A stretch of DNA of 63,994 nucleotides, the filler included, from Atractiella rhizophila (taxonomy: Eukaryota): the NCBI GenBank assembly GCA_021432655.1. It is 3 parts of 3 records of this genome, joined end to end, with 100 filler letters (N's around TTAATTAATTAA, not from the genome) between each part and the next. Parts side by side here need not be neighbours in the genome. Positions count along the whole stretch, not along the records: positions 62,215 to 63,994 come from MU271816.1; 2 more parts are not named here. One strand, 5' to 3'. A program made the translations under genes and the position numbers. Numbering within the stretch: position 1 is the stretch's first letter; each line of letters opens with the position of its first letter. The notes beneath the pieces were generated by a model. It was not told the origin of the DNA, did no database searches, and saw nothing but the letters and a program-made list of their open reading frames with translations. Shown here one piece after another: positions 62,215-63,994 of the stretch.

Positions 62215-63094
62215 TGGTTGCCTCGAGCTCTAGCAGTTCTAAACCATCTGGAAGCCTCTGAAGCAGAGCTCGTGTGTAGCTCCTACGTCCACATTTGAGC
62301 CTTCTGACCATCGAGACGTCACTAACGAGATTGTCCATGGCTCCCGCGACGCCGGAGTAAGGATTAGGTTCGAAAGTAAACTCCTCGAGTATGTGTAGTT
62401 GGCGTAAAGCGATTCGAAGGTCCCGTATCGACGCGTCCTCAATCCGCGAAATTGGAAAGGCGAGACGGGCGAGGTGGAGGTATAATAACGTGCTTCCACA
62501 TGCATTAAGAATGGCTGGTAAGATTGAGGTAGCAGAGTAGTCGATCCAAGTCAGGCGTTGGAGAGGGGCTATTGGTGTAGGAGAGAGGGACAGCGGAAGA
62601 TTGATCCTGGTAACCGAAAGCTTTTGGAGATTTGGAAGACCGAGGCAATACCCCAAAAGATTTGTTGAATTGACAACTCCTTTTCGATGTTGGAGCGTGG
62701 TTTCGTCGATGGAGATTTCAAGCAGATTCTGTGAGAAAGGTCTCATGAGTTTGATACAGGTGTCCTGTTCGACGCCTCGCTTGAAATGCACCGTCCTGAC
62801 ATTAGGACAGATCGCCAACACGCTCTCCCAACTCTCCAGATGAGCCCCTTCCAGCTTATCCGAAGATTTCGTTCCTAATGAAACGGATGATACCCAATGT
62901 GTGAGATAGATCCTATTCTCTAAGGTGGCGGCGAGCTTGGCCGTCTCTATCGACGTGCTGAGGGAAACGGAGGAGTACATGAAAGATTCGGCGCATCGGT
63001 TCCACGCTCTGCAAGCCAGCGAGACGGGTACGAGCTCGATCGTGGTGAGGAAAGATAGCACATGTCGAAACAATTCGACTGGAAGAAATTTCAT
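62215..63094 (-). CDS. F-box + LRR-like protein, truncated by the gap
   Basis: MKFLPVELFRHVLSFL...VSLACRAWN...MYSSVSL followed by LxxL repeats (CPNVRTV, LPNLQKLSV, LQRLTW). Confidence 0.85.
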
Positions 63095-63994
63095 CCTTCG
63101 AGGATCGCCCTAATCGAAACTTCAGACACTAAGCTAACGTTGCAAGGGAACACAAAGCTGGAACGCACTGGCAAGTCGGGACGATTGCACATCCACAATT
63201 CAAGCGAGTCCATGTCCCAAGTAGAGTTGAACGTCGCGGTGGTTGTATGGGGGCGGTGCTGGTTAGATAAGAAAGAAACTGAAGAGTTCAGTTCTAGAAG
63301 ACTGTTTTTGTAGAACCGTTATATGGACGGACGAATGTGGCCTTTGAGAGGTTGCGGAGACAAGATGTCAACTGAGGGCTTTTATATACCCGGTCGCATC
63401 GAATGAGCTCGGACAAGTCAGAAAGACCTGAAAATGTTCTTGGGTCGAAAATACATTCCACAAGGCTCCCAACTCCGGCGCGGATTGGATCGCGGGCCTA
63501 ACGTGCGGCAAAGTGGACAAATTTGACGCTCGCTTCATGGTAACAAGACTGACCAAACCATGAGGTGCTTCACCTAACGGTAACTATTGATCTCTTCCTC
63601 ATTGATGACGGCAACCATCAGCTGCGCTCATACATTCATAAAGGTAAGGCCAATCACATGCGCCGCGTGGATGGAAACGCTTGTCTCGCTATCGGTTGTT
63701 ATCAGCAATTGAACCACCTATTGGATGTACGGAAGCAGTCGACTCGCTCCACCTCCGCGGAACTGAGCTCGGCGGTATCGAAAATCATCATCATTGCTAT
63801 TCTCCAGAGGCGTAGAGCGTCCGCTCCAATTTGATTCGGGGAGCACGAACAGTCATGACTTAACATTTAGCTTTGAGGTTCACGCGTTCACGTTCAGCAC
63901 CCCAAATCTAGAACTACTTCGCAAGTAGCCTCCAGTAATGCCTGGCGAGAACAGAAATAAACTTTGTTGTACTTCCTTCTACACAGGAGACACA

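Noticed and set aside
1..63994. tRNA, rRNA, snRNA, CRISPR or transposase genes
   Set aside because: None recognised by eye; a covariance-model scan would be needed to exclude small RNAs.

Overview
Intron-rich fungal genomic DNA, most likely a basidiomycete (inferred from protein style and mostly ~45-70 nt GT-AG introns with CTRAY-type branch points). Genes in order: MFS transporter, DEAH helicase (DHX35-like), VCX1, OCH1-like GT32, an orphan, a PWWP protein, a PCL-type cyclin, a RecA/Rad51-like protein, a secreted unknown-domain + 2xCBM1 protein, ceramide synthase, SEC3, an F-box-like/ankyrin protein, NAD(P)HX dehydratase, alpha-tubulin, RBM42-like, MPS1, DNM1, a methyltransferase, RPL30, TFIIIA, two orphans, an APH-family kinase and an F-box protein. 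The assembly has two artificial N/TTAATTAATTAA linkers, two tandem near-duplicates that look like haplotypes written side by side, and A/C-biased corrupted patches. There are two main leads. (1) A 311-nt, heavily structured intron lies between zinc fingers 3 and 4 of TFIIIA, and its four extra upstream YAG acceptors are all unproductive; it may be a fungal analogue of the plant 5S-mimic splicing switch. (2) A secreted protein joins a His/Cys-motif domain I cannot assign (resembling, from memory, actinobacterial secreted proteins) to tandem CBM1 modules. Gene models were spliced by eye and no searches or folding programs were run.
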